A DNA stretch of 50,201 nt, filler included, from Sphacelaria rigidula (lineage: Eukaryota), in NCBI GenBank assembly GCA_964200075.2. It is 3 parts of 3 records of this genome, joined end to end, with 100 filler letters (N's around TTAATTAATTAA, not from the genome) between each part and the next. Parts side by side here need not be neighbours in the genome. Positions count along the whole stretch, not along the records: positions 33,537 to 50,201 come from CAXNAA020001284.1; 2 more parts are not named here. One strand, 5' to 3'. A model generated the notes under the pieces. That model saw only the letters and a program-made list of their open reading frames with translations, was not told the DNA's origin and made no database searches. Made by a program: the position numbers and the translations under genes. Shown here in pieces: positions 50,101 to 50,201 of this stretch (positions within the stretch are counted from its first letter, which is position 1; each line of letters begins with the position of its first letter).

Positions 50101-50201
50101 TCTCTCACCATGGAGGGGTTCCGCCTCCCCCCCCCCCCCCCCCCCCTAAAGGCGAGGCCCCCCCCCCGACCCAAGGGGGGGGGGGGGGGGGTGGTGGGGG
50201 G

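Overview
The window is eukaryotic and intron-rich, most likely from a brown alga (Phaeophyceae, Ectocarpus-like). That assignment is inferred from gene structure and content. It is not one locus: it joins three contigs of 16,669, 16,667 and 16,665 bp with artificial 100-nt spacers (N44-TTAATTAATTAA-N44), so no synteny can be assumed across them. Contig 1 (1-16669) is mostly repeats: a LINE 3' end, a MITE-like inverted repeat, a tRNA-headed SINE and decayed coding-like blocks. Contig 2 (16770-33436) carries a 5'-truncated gene with 22 visible exons, encoding a GH81 endo-1,3-beta-glucanase followed by three CBM6-like modules. Two of these modules share a near-identical 653-bp exon+intron block. 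Contig 3 (33537-50201) carries a decayed Ty3/Gypsy retrotransposon with an unusual architecture: Q/P-rich Gag with a CCCH zinc finger, protease, RT, RNase H, an in-frame C5 cytosine-methyltransferase-like domain that apparently lacks the catalytic Cys, integrase, a chromodomain-like module and a Tudor-like module. This methyltransferase-carrying, double-reader Gypsy element is the most notable signal in the window.
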